From positions 64,001 through 128,000 of IMG/VR virus record IMGVR_UViG_642973577_000001: a DNA stretch of 64,000 bases; one strand, 5' to 3'. This stretch comes from a virus (taxonomy: Duplodnaviria; Caudoviricetes). The notes below the pieces were generated by a model. The model was given only the letters and a program-made list of their open reading frames with translations. It did not search any database and had not been told where the DNA came from. This document shows positions 35,047 through 44,730 of the stretch, piece by piece; within the stretch, counting starts at the first letter, position 1; each line of letters begins with the position of its first letter. The position numbers were made by a program, and so were the translations under genes.

Positions 35047-35088
35047 TATCCCGCGAGGCGGTACAAAGCCCACTACAAAGAATCGAGT

Positions 35089-35463
35089 TTGCCAGTGAAG
35101 GCCAAGGACGCCACCAAGTGGGCCGATCAGGAACTCGAACTCCGGCAGGACGAGACCGGGCAGCGGTTCCTGGAGTTCTTCACCGAGTGGTTCACCCTGG
35201 CCGAGAAGCTCTACGAGGAGCGCGGCGAGCACGGCAATCTCGTCCGGTCCTGCGTCTCGTCGGTGCGCCACGCCCTGCTGGACGTCGAGAGCCGTCGCGG
35301 GTACCTGGCCATGGAGTGGTTGGGCCAGATGCTGCTGCTGGCCGAGCAGAACTGGGTGTACGGTGCCGAGATGGAGCGCGGCCTGACCGTGCTGGAGCGT
35401 CGGATGATGGAAGTCATGGCCGCAGTCAAGCTGGTGGAGCTGCAGGAATCCGCTAAGCTGTAG
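35089..35463 (+). CDS. hypothetical protein
   Basis: 124 aa ORF, phage codon bias; start uncertain. Confidence 0.7.
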   Translation: MPVKAKDATKWADQELELRQDETGQRFLEFFTEWFTLAEKLYEERGEHGNLVRSCVSSVRHALLDVESRRGYLAMEWLGQMLLLAEQNWVYGAEMERGLTVLERRMMEVMAAVKLVELQESAKL

Positions 35464-35498
35464 AAGTTTCCAAGCACCACCCCACCCACAGGAGCCGC

Positions 35499-35723
35499 AT
35501 GGCCGTCCAGATTCCCACCTTCCACGGTGACGAGATCAACGTCGTCAACCGCGACGACGGGCGCGTGGCCATGGAGCTGGAGGACCCGGAGACCAAGGTC
35601 CCGACCGGCGTGGTGCTGCTGACCGCCGAGGGCGCGATCGAGCTGGGCAAGGCCCTGCAGGCGAAGGGCGAGTTCCTCTGGGGCATCCTGCGCGAGGAGA
35701 TCGAGGGTCCGAAGGATGTCTGA
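35499..35723 (+). CDS. hypothetical protein
   Basis: CCACCCACA-GGAG upstream. Confidence 0.7.
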   Translation: MAVQIPTFHGDEINVVNRDDGRVAMELEDPETKVPTGVVLLTAEGAIELGKALQAKGEFLWGILREEIEGPKDV

Positions 35724-35940
35724 CCAGCCACTTACGCCCACGGCAGAACGTCGCCGCCGGTACGAGCACCTCACCAGCCGCCAGTGCTGGGAGATCCGCC
35801 GCCGCATCGTGGCTGCCGAGAACGAGTGCGACGTCGACTACATGCCGCTGTCTCGTGCGGTGTTCTCCCTGGCCAGCCACTACGGCGTCAGCCCCGGCAC
35901 CATCGTCAAGGTCATCGACGACATGCCGGATTCTCGCTAG
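35716..35940 (+). CDS. small HTH protein
   Basis: LASHYGVSPGTIVKVI HTH pattern. Confidence 0.65.
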   Translation: MSDQPLTPTAERRRRYEHLTSRQCWEIRRRIVAAENECDVDYMPLSRAVFSLASHYGVSPGTIVKVIDDMPDSR

Positions 35941-36018
35941 ACGAGTATTTGTCGGCGACTACAGCTATACTGGACGAGAAGTAAGCAACAACCACCACCC
36001 CCATAGCCAAGGAGCATC

Positions 36019-36726
36019 GTGACCAACTCACTCATCGAGCAGGACCTCAAGACCATCCTCGCCAACGCCGACGGCAGCTACGTCGAGCAGTACGAGGCCA
36101 TCGTCAAGGCCGAGGACTCCAAGGCGGTCGCCGCCACCAGGTCCTCCCGCGAGAGCCGCACCGCCCGCTGGAAGGCGGCGCTGGCCAAGATGGACCGCAA
36201 GGACATCGCGGTCGTCAACAAGTCGTTCCAGACCTTCATCCGCAAGCTCAAGGACGCCTCGCCGATCCTGAGCGTGGAGGAGCCGACCCGGATCGCCCTG
36301 GCCGAGGCCAACCAGCTCATGGGCATCTGGGAGGAGATGGTCCGCATCGAGGACACCGCCAAGGCGACCCGCGAGCAGATCAAGGCCCGCGTCTCCGGCG
36401 CGATGACCGCCGAGTTCGCCGAAGAGGGCGAGGAGTACCCGGAGCAGATCAACGCCTCCATCGACGCGCCGGAGTACGGCAAGCGGTTCGCCCGCCAGGG
36501 CTGCGGTCGCAAGGACCCCGAGCTGGACGAGAAGAAGCTGGCCAAGCTGCTCGGCGAGAAGCTGTGGAAGCAGGTCTCCACCGAGGAGGTCGTCGTCAAG
36601 CGCAACGTCGACATCGAGGCCCTCATGGCGGCGGCGCAGAAGGACCCGGAGATCCTGGAGAAGCTGCGCGCCAGCCTCAAGGTCGGCGAGTGGAAGTCGC
36701 CGAGCTTCGCGGTCCACAACATCTAG
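36019..36726 (+). CDS. hypothetical helical protein
   Basis: 235 aa, AAGGAG SD. Confidence 0.75.
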   Translation: MTNSLIEQDLKTILANADGSYVEQYEAIVKAEDSKAVAATRSSRESRTARWKAALAKMDRKDIAVVNKSFQTFIRKLKDASPILSVEEPTRIALAEANQLMGIWEEMVRIEDTAKATREQIKARVSGAMTAEFAEEGEEYPEQINASIDAPEYGKRFARQGCGRKDPELDEKKLAKLLGEKLWKQVSTEEVVVKRNVDIEALMAAAQKDPEILEKLRASLKVGEWKSPSFAVHNI

Positions 36727-36742
36727 GACAAGGACAACGGCT

Positions 36743-37693
36743 ATGCAGCCAGACCAGGAGACGGTCGAGAGAGAGGACTCGCAGAGTCCACCCGGATACC
36801 GGTCCGACGGTGTAGCCAGTCCCGTTCAGCCGATTCCCCGCCACCACGACGGTGGCGGGGTTTCCGCTGTAACGGAGACCGACGTACCCCAGGACGATCT
36901 GCGACCCGGCGGCAGCAACTGGAACCCCGAGGCCACCCTGCAGGAGCAGGTGACGATGGCCGAGCGGGTGGCCGCTGCACGCGAGTCGCTCTACCCGTCC
37001 GGGCAGCCGACCGATCAGCCCGATGCCTTCCCCGTCGGGCATGAGGATGTGGCCGACGACGCCGACCTCCAGGCCTTCCTGGACCAGGTGGCCAAGGCCG
37101 ACGCCAAGCACGAGTCGCCGCCGGTAGCGACCGCGCAGCGCCGTGGCCGCAACCCGCACAGCGTCAAGCGTGGCCAACGCCGCACCGAGGTCAAGGCACC
37201 GCCGCCAGCGCCCAAGCTGGACAAGCGCGACCGCCAGATCGAGGACATCAGCGACGAGCAGCTGCTGGCCGACGCGGGCATCGTGCCGTTCTACAGCACC
37301 ACCGAGGCCGCGCAGTTCTTCGACAAGACGAACCAGTGGCTGTACTGGGGTCTGCGCAAGGAGGTCAACGGGGAGCCGGTCGAGCCGGTGTTCATCTACC
37401 CCGACGGCACCCCGATCGAGCCGGAGCGTGTGGGTGACCCCCGCGAAGGACGTCGGCGCTTCACGCTGCCGATCATCAAGGCCATCCTGCTGAGCAACTA
37501 CCGACGCGGCAACGTCGAACCGGACGAACTCAAGAAGATCCTCCGGCGCATCCGCATCAACGAGCTGGGCGGCGAGTGGCGCGAGCGCGAGGGCTGGAAG
37601 AAGGTGCGCGGCAAGTGGGTGCACCCGAGTCTGCTGGAAGAGGTCAACGGCAAGTGGGTCAAGAAGAAGGGTGCAGAGGTTGACGCTGGTTAA
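36743..37693 (+). CDS. MerR/excisionase-like HTH DNA-binding protein
   Basis: FYSTTEAAQFFDKTNQWLYW..GRRRFTL. Confidence 0.65.
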   Translation: MQPDQETVEREDSQSPPGYRSDGVASPVQPIPRHHDGGGVSAVTETDVPQDDLRPGGSNWNPEATLQEQVTMAERVAAARESLYPSGQPTDQPDAFPVGHEDVADDADLQAFLDQVAKADAKHESPPVATAQRRGRNPHSVKRGQRRTEVKAPPPAPKLDKRDRQIEDISDEQLLADAGIVPFYSTTEAAQFFDKTNQWLYWGLRKEVNGEPVEPVFIYPDGTPIEPERVGDPREGRRRFTLPIIKAILLSNYRRGNVEPDELKKILRRIRINELGGEWREREGWKKVRGKWVHPSLLEEVNGKWVKKKGAEVDAG

Positions 37694-38324
37694 GGTGGCC
37701 CTGACGGGCACACACGGGGTCGGCAAGACCTTCATCGTCGACAACGTGGCGGCGCTGGCGCTCAACGAGGGCTGGCAGGTCAACATCGTCTACAGCCCCA
37801 CCCGGCGGGTGAAGAAGCTGGGTGCGGCCTACGGCATGAAGAACAACATGGACGGCGACTGGCACTTCCAGTGGCACGTCATGAGCCAGACCCAGCTGCG
37901 CGCCTGGGAGGCCGAGGAGTACCTGACCGAGTTCAGCTCCGCCCCCGACGCGCCCAAGCTGATCATCGGCGACCGGTGCCTGTGGGACCCGTGCGCCTAC
38001 ACCGCCGACCTGCTGCACCGGATCGCCGCCACGTCGATCGCCAGCGCCGACGCCCACCGCCGGAAGAACCTGCTGGAGGACGTCTACCGGTTGGGTCACC
38101 TCACCGCCAGCACCGACACCTTCTGGGACCGGGTGTTCTTCAAGCCCCACCACCCCGACCACCTGACCCCCGATCCCGACCGGCTCGACGACCGCGACTA
38201 CCAGCTGGCCGTCGAGAAGCGGTTCGAGGAGATCCTGGAGGGCCGCGACGTCGGACGTCTCGACATCGACCGCAACGTCGCTGTCGACGAGCTGTGGAAG
38301 TGGATCAGTGACCAAGCCAGCTGA
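37671..38324 (+). CDS. P-loop nucleotide kinase / AAA_28-like ATPase
   Basis: KVALTGTHGVGKT, IIGDRCLWD..AY; start uncertain. Confidence 0.75.
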   Translation: MQRLTLVKVALTGTHGVGKTFIVDNVAALALNEGWQVNIVYSPTRRVKKLGAAYGMKNNMDGDWHFQWHVMSQTQLRAWEAEEYLTEFSSAPDAPKLIIGDRCLWDPCAYTADLLHRIAATSIASADAHRRKNLLEDVYRLGHLTASTDTFWDRVFFKPHHPDHLTPDPDRLDDRDYQLAVEKRFEEILEGRDVGRLDIDRNVAVDELWKWISDQAS

Positions 38325-39435
38325 TCAGCGCCTCAAGCAGGCCATCGACGAGGTGGTGGACCCGCAGATCGAGGCCCAGCAGACCTACATGCCCTACGTG
38401 GCCGACAAGCCGTTTCCGGTCAGCCGCGCCGACCTGATCTACGTGTGGGACCAGTACGGCACCCAGTACCTGGACTTCACCGCCAGCGCCCTGCCGCTGG
38501 GCCACCGCGATCCCGCGATCCAGTCCGGGTTCAACGAGCAGTGGCAGCAGTACAGCCGCGTCGGCGCGTCCGGGGACCATGTGCTGCGGATGCCGGTCGA
38601 GTACGCCAAGGCCCTCTCCGACAGCCTCACCTGGCTCGGAGACGACCCGCTGCAGGTCTACTTCACCCCCGACGAGGACAGCGCGTTCAGCGTGGCCATG
38701 AGCCTGGCCCAGCGGGTCACCAACCGGGTGTTCCTGGAGACCAAGACCGACGAGCCGCGCATGTGGGGCGACGTCGCCGCCCTGGTGGTCCACCTGATCG
38801 ACAAGACCGGCAAGCCGGTCTACCCGCCCGCCGTGCAGGCTCAGGCCGACGACGCCCGCCGTTCCGGCGCGTTGGTGATCGTGGACGAGTCCGAGACCGG
38901 GTTCGGTCGCTGCGGCGCGGTGTGGAGCCAGCACCAGTGGGGCATCAAGCCCGACATCACGGTCGTGGGTGGACCGGCGGGTGGAGGCTTCCCGTTCGGT
39001 GCCGTGGTGGCTCCCCGGCGGCTCTGGGAGGTCGCTGAGGGCGAGTTCCGGCGTCAGCACTACGCGGGGCACCCGGTGATCGCCACGGCGGGCCTGAGCG
39101 TGCTCAACCGGCTGACCGAGACGCTGATGGAGAACGTCACCGAGACGGGCAAGACCCTGCACGAGAGCCTCGGCGAGCTGGAGTCCCAGTTCCCCGAGAT
39201 CCTGTCCGGGCACCGGGGCGCTGGCCTGTATCAGACCATCGAGACCCACGAGCCGTACCAGGCCGAGCGCCTGGTCGCCGACGCTCGCAGCTACGGACTG
39301 TTGCTCCCCAAGGCAAACGGATGCAGGATCAAGCTGATGCCCCCTCTGGTCATCAGCGAGCTGGAGCTGCGTCGAGCCGTCGACATCATCGCCGGAGCGT
39401 GCCTGGACCAGGCGGAGGATGACGAGACCACGTGA
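38308..39435 (+). CDS. class III aminotransferase-like protein lacking catalytic Lys
   Basis: YVWD..YLDF..LGH, IVDESETGFGRCG, PDITVVGGPAGGGFP. Confidence 0.8.
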   Translation: MTKPADQRLKQAIDEVVDPQIEAQQTYMPYVADKPFPVSRADLIYVWDQYGTQYLDFTASALPLGHRDPAIQSGFNEQWQQYSRVGASGDHVLRMPVEYAKALSDSLTWLGDDPLQVYFTPDEDSAFSVAMSLAQRVTNRVFLETKTDEPRMWGDVAALVVHLIDKTGKPVYPPAVQAQADDARRSGALVIVDESETGFGRCGAVWSQHQWGIKPDITVVGGPAGGGFPFGAVVAPRRLWEVAEGEFRRQHYAGHPVIATAGLSVLNRLTETLMENVTETGKTLHESLGELESQFPEILSGHRGAGLYQTIETHEPYQAERLVADARSYGLLLPKANGCRIKLMPPLVISELELRRAVDIIAGACLDQAEDDETT

Positions 39436-39916
39436 TATGACCTGGGAGAGCCTGGAAGGGGTGAGTGTAATTCCCCCAGCCCCAGAGGAAAGTCCCGTGG
39501 CCCAGTCAGACGTCAATATCGGTCTTCGCAACGATCAGATCTTCCAGCGGTACCTCGTGCGCCGGATCTTCCGGGAGGTCGAGTTCCGCATCGTCGAGAC
39601 CGACGGCACCGAGCACGTCGGCTACATCACCGGGTTCGACGACCGCTGCATCCAGATGTCGATCACGCCCTTGACCGACATCGACGCGCCACGCGCCGTG
39701 CTCGTATTCTGGCCTTTGCGTCGGATCGAGGAGACCGGTGGTAAGGTCGATGACCTGCCGTCGGATCAGCGGCAGGCAATCCGAAGCTATAGCCATGCGC
39801 TTCGGGCGCAGTGCGAGAAGACCCTTGCTCAGCAGGGTAACACCGCAGGTCAGAACGGGAATCGTCGGGCCGAGCAGCGTAACGGGACTTCCCCCGCGTT
39901 CAGCGATGGGCTATAG
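39419..39916 (+). CDS. hypothetical protein, possible Sm/Hfq-like fold
   Basis: FRIVETDGTEHVGYITGFDDRCIQM resembles Sm1; start may be GTG 39497. Confidence 0.55.
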   Translation: MTRPRDMTWESLEGVSVIPPAPEESPVAQSDVNIGLRNDQIFQRYLVRRIFREVEFRIVETDGTEHVGYITGFDDRCIQMSITPLTDIDAPRAVLVFWPLRRIEETGGKVDDLPSDQRQAIRSYSHALRAQCEKTLAQQGNTAGQNGNRRAEQRNGTSPAFSDGL

Positions 39917-39948
39917 TGTTCCTATAGTCAAATAGAAGGAGCTACTAG

Positions 39949-40338
39949 GTGGCATTCACGGACATCGACCCTCTGGAAGAGGACATGAAGGTCCGGGTCG
40001 AGGACATGTCTCCCGACCAACTCGTGGTCTATCTCAAGGACTGGCAGGAGGCCGTCAACGGCGTCACGATGGCGCTCGACGGCAAGGAGCTGTACATGAT
40101 GCGGTGGCTCCAGAAGGTTTACGGCGACGACGCCGGGTTGATCATCAAGTGGGTCTGCTGGAAGCACCGTGGCAAGGACGACCGCAACCAGCTCATCGTG
40201 CACCGGATGTTCTGCACGAAGATGAAGTGGTGGGTCGACAAGATGCACCAGGAGATGCAGACCGCCAAGCGCCGCGAGGAGGGTCGCCAGACCCAGCGCG
40301 AGCAGATGGCTGACTCCGGCTTCGCGACGAGCCTGTGA
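39949..40338 (+). CDS. hypothetical protein (replication operon)
   Basis: AAGGAG SD, coupled to DnaC-like gene. Confidence 0.7.
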   Translation: MAFTDIDPLEEDMKVRVEDMSPDQLVVYLKDWQEAVNGVTMALDGKELYMMRWLQKVYGDDAGLIIKWVCWKHRGKDDRNQLIVHRMFCTKMKWWVDKMHQEMQTAKRREEGRQTQREQMADSGFATSL

Positions 40339-41162
40339 GCGGACCCGAGACCTACCTGGGCAAGTTCTTCTCCGACGAGGTGCAGGATCGCATCGTCTCG
40401 GAGAACCCGCAGCTCAAGGGTGGGGACCCCACGAAGTACTGTCCGACCTGCGGCACCACCGGCACCTACGTCTGGCAGGGCGAGGAGCACGTGTGCGACT
40501 GCGTGCAGCAGATGCACCTGCACATGCACTACCTGCACTCGGGCATCGGCACCACCTACCAGCGGCTGAACTGGAACGACTACACCGGCCCGACCAACAT
40601 CGACGACCTGGTGGACACCTACGTCGGCAACCACCAGGCCTACGTCAGCCGGGGCGTCGGTCTGTTCTTCACGGGCGACTACGGCACCGGCAAGACGATG
40701 GTGGCCAACCTGATGCTCAAGGAGTTCGTCAAGCGCGGCTACACCTGCTACGCGACGACGTTCGCCCAGATGATCGAGATGTACACCGCCGGGTGGAAGA
40801 AGGCCTCCGAGCAGCGCGTGTTCGAGCGCCGGTTCAAGGAGTCGCAGATCCTGCTGCTCGACGACGTGGGTCGCGACTGGATGATGAGCCAGGAGCTGAA
40901 CAAGGCCGGTGGCCGTCGGTCGACGCTGGAGGAGTCCACGTTCGACACCATCCTGCGCACCCGCGTCCAGTACGGGCGACCGACGTTCATCACCACCAAC
41001 CTGACCACCGACGACCTCCAGACCAGCTATGGCGGCGCGGTGCTGAGCCTGCTCAAGGAGAAGTCGATCCTGGTCAAGTTCATCGGCGAGGACCATCGGC
41101 CCAAGGCCAACACCCGCGAGCTGGAGGAGATCCGCAAGGGGGAGGTGCGTCCCATTGTCTGA
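40335..41162 (+). CDS. dnaC: DnaC-like helicase loader
   Basis: Zn motif, GDYGTGKT, LLLDDVG, PTFITTN. Confidence 0.88.
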   Translation: MSGPETYLGKFFSDEVQDRIVSENPQLKGGDPTKYCPTCGTTGTYVWQGEEHVCDCVQQMHLHMHYLHSGIGTTYQRLNWNDYTGPTNIDDLVDTYVGNHQAYVSRGVGLFFTGDYGTGKTMVANLMLKEFVKRGYTCYATTFAQMIEMYTAGWKKASEQRVFERRFKESQILLLDDVGRDWMMSQELNKAGGRRSTLEESTFDTILRTRVQYGRPTFITTNLTTDDLQTSYGGAVLSLLKEKSILVKFIGEDHRPKANTRELEEIRKGEVRPIV

Positions 41163-42414
41163 TCTTGAGTCCAAGATGATCGGCAAGATGATCGGCGACC
41201 ACAAGGTGATCGACCGCCTGTGGGGCATGGGTCTGCGCGAGACGGTGTTCGAGGACCCGATCAACCGGGTGATCTTCGAGTGGATCGTCGACTACTGGCA
41301 GAAGGCCTCCATGCAGCTCGCGCCGACGTGGGTGGTCATGGAGACCGAGTTCCCCGGCCAGCGGTTCGAGCACGACGTCGAGGAGTCGACCGAGTGGCTC
41401 GTGAGCGCCCTGCAGCGCCGGTACACGCTCAACCAGGCCCAGGAGATCCTGCTCAGCGCGGGCAAGACGCTGCATGAGGACCCGATCGCCACGCTGAGCA
41501 AGCTGTGGCGGGACGCCCACGACATCACCGAGCGCACGGTCGCCCGGACGTCGCGGGTGGACATGGCCGAGAACATCGAGCAGCGCCGCATGGAGCTGGA
41601 GGCCCGTCGCACGGCGGTCGCCGGAGGCGTGCCGTACGGGTTGCCGATGATCGACGAGCACACCCACGGGCTGCTCGACGGCGAGCTGTGCGCGGTCGCA
41701 GCCTTCACCAAGGTCGGCAAGAGCTGGATGCTCTGTCACAGCGCGATCCAGGCCCACCTGGCGGGCCTCAAGCCGATCGTCTTCACGCTGGAGATGAGCA
41801 TCAAGGAGATGACGCACCGCATCGACGCCTTCGCCTCCGGTGTGGGCTACAACCACATCTCCAGCGGCGACATGCTGCCCCAGGACCGCACGCGCCTGCA
41901 CGAGGCCCAGGACGCTCTGGCAGCACGCGGGCCGCTTCTGGTGGAGCGCCCGGAGCGCGGCGAGCGGACCGTGAAGTACATGGTGAACCGGGCGCGCCAG
42001 GTCGGCGCGAACGTCATGATGATCGACCAGCTGTCGTTCATGGACGCCGAGGGCCGCTATCAGGGCGACCAGGCGCTGCGGTTCAAGCACGGCGAGATCA
42101 TGTTCGACCTCAAGGATGAGATCAGCCGCGAGAGCGCCGGGGCACTTCCATGCATGTTGGCTGTGCAGCTCAACCGCGATAGCCAGCGCGGCGATGGAGG
42201 CCGAGGTCAGCTGCACAATTTCGCCAACTCCAGCTTCATCGAGCAGACTGTAGATGTTGCGTTTGGCCTATGGCGGAATGAAAATATGCGTAACAACAAT
42301 GTGATGGGCATCGACACGATGGGAACCCGTCGTGGAGACCGGCAGAACTGGCTCTTGGGCTGGCGTCTGAGCGATCGCACCGAGATCACGGTGCGCGGAG
42401 TGAACGAGGAGTGA
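41155..42414 (+). CDS. dnaB: DnaB-like replicative helicase
   Basis: AFTKVGKS, FTLEMS, MIDQL, AVQLNR, IEQ. Confidence 0.9.
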   Translation: MSDLESKMIGKMIGDHKVIDRLWGMGLRETVFEDPINRVIFEWIVDYWQKASMQLAPTWVVMETEFPGQRFEHDVEESTEWLVSALQRRYTLNQAQEILLSAGKTLHEDPIATLSKLWRDAHDITERTVARTSRVDMAENIEQRRMELEARRTAVAGGVPYGLPMIDEHTHGLLDGELCAVAAFTKVGKSWMLCHSAIQAHLAGLKPIVFTLEMSIKEMTHRIDAFASGVGYNHISSGDMLPQDRTRLHEAQDALAARGPLLVERPERGERTVKYMVNRARQVGANVMMIDQLSFMDAEGRYQGDQALRFKHGEIMFDLKDEISRESAGALPCMLAVQLNRDSQRGDGGRGQLHNFANSSFIEQTVDVAFGLWRNENMRNNNVMGIDTMGTRRGDRQNWLLGWRLSDRTEITVRGVNEE

Positions 42415-42593
42415 CTATGAGTGACGGTTGGAAGCTGGCCGCTCTAAAGCGGCGGCGGTCGTTCCTCGGTGATCGGCTGCAGCAGGTCCGTAGTGACGGC
42501 CAGATGCACCACAGGGCCACGAAGTACGACCAGCGGGAGCACGACGCGCTGGAGTGGGCCATTCAGCGTCTGGACACCGAGCAGGCATCGTGA
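42411..42593 (+). CDS. hypothetical protein
   Basis: 60 aa coupled ORF. Confidence 0.55.
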   Translation: MTMSDGWKLAALKRRRSFLGDRLQQVRSDGQMHHRATKYDQREHDALEWAIQRLDTEQAS

Positions 42594-42596
42594 CCC

Positions 42597-43742
42597 GTGG
42601 CTAAGACCGGCCTGGCGGCGATGAAGGCCGCGAACGTCGACTTCGCCGACATCCATCGTCGGATCGACCCGCAGGCCGTCCTGGACCACTACGGGGCAGA
42701 GAACCAGTTCGAGCAGACCAACCTGGACGGCACCGTGGAGGTCATCCACAGCTGCCTGGTGGACCGGGTGGACCCGCACCACGCCAACGGCGATCAGAAC
42801 CCGTCGGCGGCGTGCAACCTCAACAAGAAGACGTGGGTCTGCTACAGCTACGTCGACCCGGAGACCAACAAGTCCGGGTACGACATGCTGCATCTGATCA
42901 TGAAGATGGAAGGCGCGAAGGAGCCTCGCGATGTCATGGATCTGGTCCGAGGATTCCTGGAGGGCGGGACCGCCGAGCCGAACCAGTTCATGGCCAAGCT
43001 CAGCGCCCTGGTTGTGGCTCCCGAGTCGGAGAAGACCGGACCCCCTGTGGTCCGAGGTCTCTCGGAACGCAACCTCGCCCAGTGGGGCTACACCCACCCC
43101 TACATCGTGGAGCGCGGCATCGACCTGGACACCGCCAGCCGTCTCCAGATCGGCTACGACCCCGACGAGAACCGGATCACGATCCCGCACTTCTGGAATG
43201 GGCGTCTGGTGGGATGGCAGAAGCGGGCTATTCCGAACCGACCAGGAGAGTGGCCTGGCACCGTGCCCGCAGTGCCGAAGTACCGGAGTAGTCCGGGATT
43301 CCCCAAGTCCGAGACACTCTATCGACTCGCTGAGGCGCGAGTTTCTGGGCGAGTGGTCGTCGTCGAGTCCCCCTTCTCGGTCATCAAGGCCGAGGCCCTG
43401 GGAGTACCGGGAGTCACGGCGACGTTCGGCGCGAAGATCACCGACCACCAGCTCGATCTACTGAAAGGCGTCGATGACCTCGTAGTATGGATGGATGATG
43501 ACGATGCTGGCCGCGCTGCTGAGCGGCGTCTCGTCGCTAATCTCTACCGACACTCTGGCGTTCGTGTGGTCACTCCAGATGACGGTAAAGACCTGGGGGA
43601 CTACACCAGCGCCAGCGACATCCTGACCAAGATCGACCAGGCCACACCCGGCTACGACAAGCTGGTCCAGTACGACCGAGAGAAGGCAGAATGGGCGAGA
43701 AGATCCCGAGTGTCCGCACCCTCCCGACCGGGGAGAAGGTGA
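42597..43742 (+). CDS. DNA primase (zinc finger + TOPRIM)
   Basis: H..GDQNPS..WVCY, PKYRSSPGFPKSETLY, VVVES, MDDDDAG, KDLGD. Confidence 0.9.
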   Translation: MAKTGLAAMKAANVDFADIHRRIDPQAVLDHYGAENQFEQTNLDGTVEVIHSCLVDRVDPHHANGDQNPSAACNLNKKTWVCYSYVDPETNKSGYDMLHLIMKMEGAKEPRDVMDLVRGFLEGGTAEPNQFMAKLSALVVAPESEKTGPPVVRGLSERNLAQWGYTHPYIVERGIDLDTASRLQIGYDPDENRITIPHFWNGRLVGWQKRAIPNRPGEWPGTVPAVPKYRSSPGFPKSETLYRLAEARVSGRVVVVESPFSVIKAEALGVPGVTATFGAKITDHQLDLLKGVDDLVVWMDDDDAGRAAERRLVANLYRHSGVRVVTPDDGKDLGDYTSASDILTKIDQATPGYDKLVQYDREKAEWARRSRVSAPSRPGRR

Positions 43743-43930
43743 CGCACTACCCCAGCGGCGAGCAGGTCCTGCAGCCGACCAACTCGCTGGCCGACGTGCT
43801 CGGCGAGCAGGAGCAGAACCTGCAGGACGCCAGCCAGGCCCTGGTGGAGGCCAACCTGACCCGAGTGGAGGAGAAGCGTGAGCGACAGGAGAGCGGGACC
43901 CCCGTACCAGCGGACAAATCGCCCGTCTGA
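43691..43930 (+). CDS. hypothetical protein
   Basis: 79 aa with phage codon bias, overlaps both neighbours by ~50 nt. Confidence 0.5.
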   Translation: MGEKIPSVRTLPTGEKVTHYPSGEQVLQPTNSLADVLGEQEQNLQDASQALVEANLTRVEEKRERQESGTPVPADKSPV

Positions 43931-44648
43931 GTTCTTCGACTCGCGTGATTCTCCATACTCCGCTGGCGTCGGCTTCCCGAGCTGCTGCACAGACCTCGTT
44001 CCTGCCCCTCGAAACACTCGCGATCCCCATGACTACTACCGCGAGCTGGGTGTCGACCCAGGAGCCAGCAAGGCCGAGATCAAGAGCCGTCTGCGGCAGC
44101 TCTACGTCGAGCTGCATCCTGACACGGGTGCTGAGCCAGATCCCGAGCGCCTCAATCGCGTGAAGAACATCGCCGAGGTGCTGCTGGACGACCAGGCGCG
44201 GCTCAAGTACGACAACACCCCTGAGGGCCAGCGGCTGATGGACAAGGTGTACGCCGAGGAGCTGAGCAAGCTGGACCTCCCCCGGACGGCGGCTGCCGCC
44301 CGCGAGGCCCTGCGCCCGCAGAAGGCCTCCCCGTACGGGAAGGTGGGGCGGTTCGACTACTTCTCGGCGGGCCATCGGAGCACAGACCCCCTGTGCGCCC
44401 AGCAGTGGTACCACTACCTTCTGGGCGTGATGGTCAAGGCAAACTACAAGGGCCGTCTGCGGCTGATGCTGTGGGACGGCACCAAGCCTGCGTGGAACGC
44501 CGCGCAGGAGATCCTGATGGTTCCTCGCAGGTGGGAGCCATCGGCACACGCTGCAAATGCTCTAGTCACGAGAGTTATTGGCAGCACAGGTATCTCGAAC
44601 ATTTCGGAGGTGTCCCCGGAGCTTCCTACCCATTTGTCCCGAACATGA
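43878..44648 (+). CDS. DnaJ-domain protein
   Basis: DYYRELGV..ASKAEIK..LHPD J-domain. Confidence 0.85.
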   Translation: MSDRRAGPPYQRTNRPSEFFDSRDSPYSAGVGFPSCCTDLVPAPRNTRDPHDYYRELGVDPGASKAEIKSRLRQLYVELHPDTGAEPDPERLNRVKNIAEVLLDDQARLKYDNTPEGQRLMDKVYAEELSKLDLPRTAAAAREALRPQKASPYGKVGRFDYFSAGHRSTDPLCAQQWYHYLLGVMVKANYKGRLRLMLWDGTKPAWNAAQEILMVPRRWEPSAHAANALVTRVIGSTGISNISEVSPELPTHLSRT

Positions 44649-44730
44649 GGTAGTGTTCATCACGCAGCACCAACCACATGAGTAACAAGGGCTACGGCCA
44701 ACCATTTTCTAAGAGAGAGCAAACACAGCC

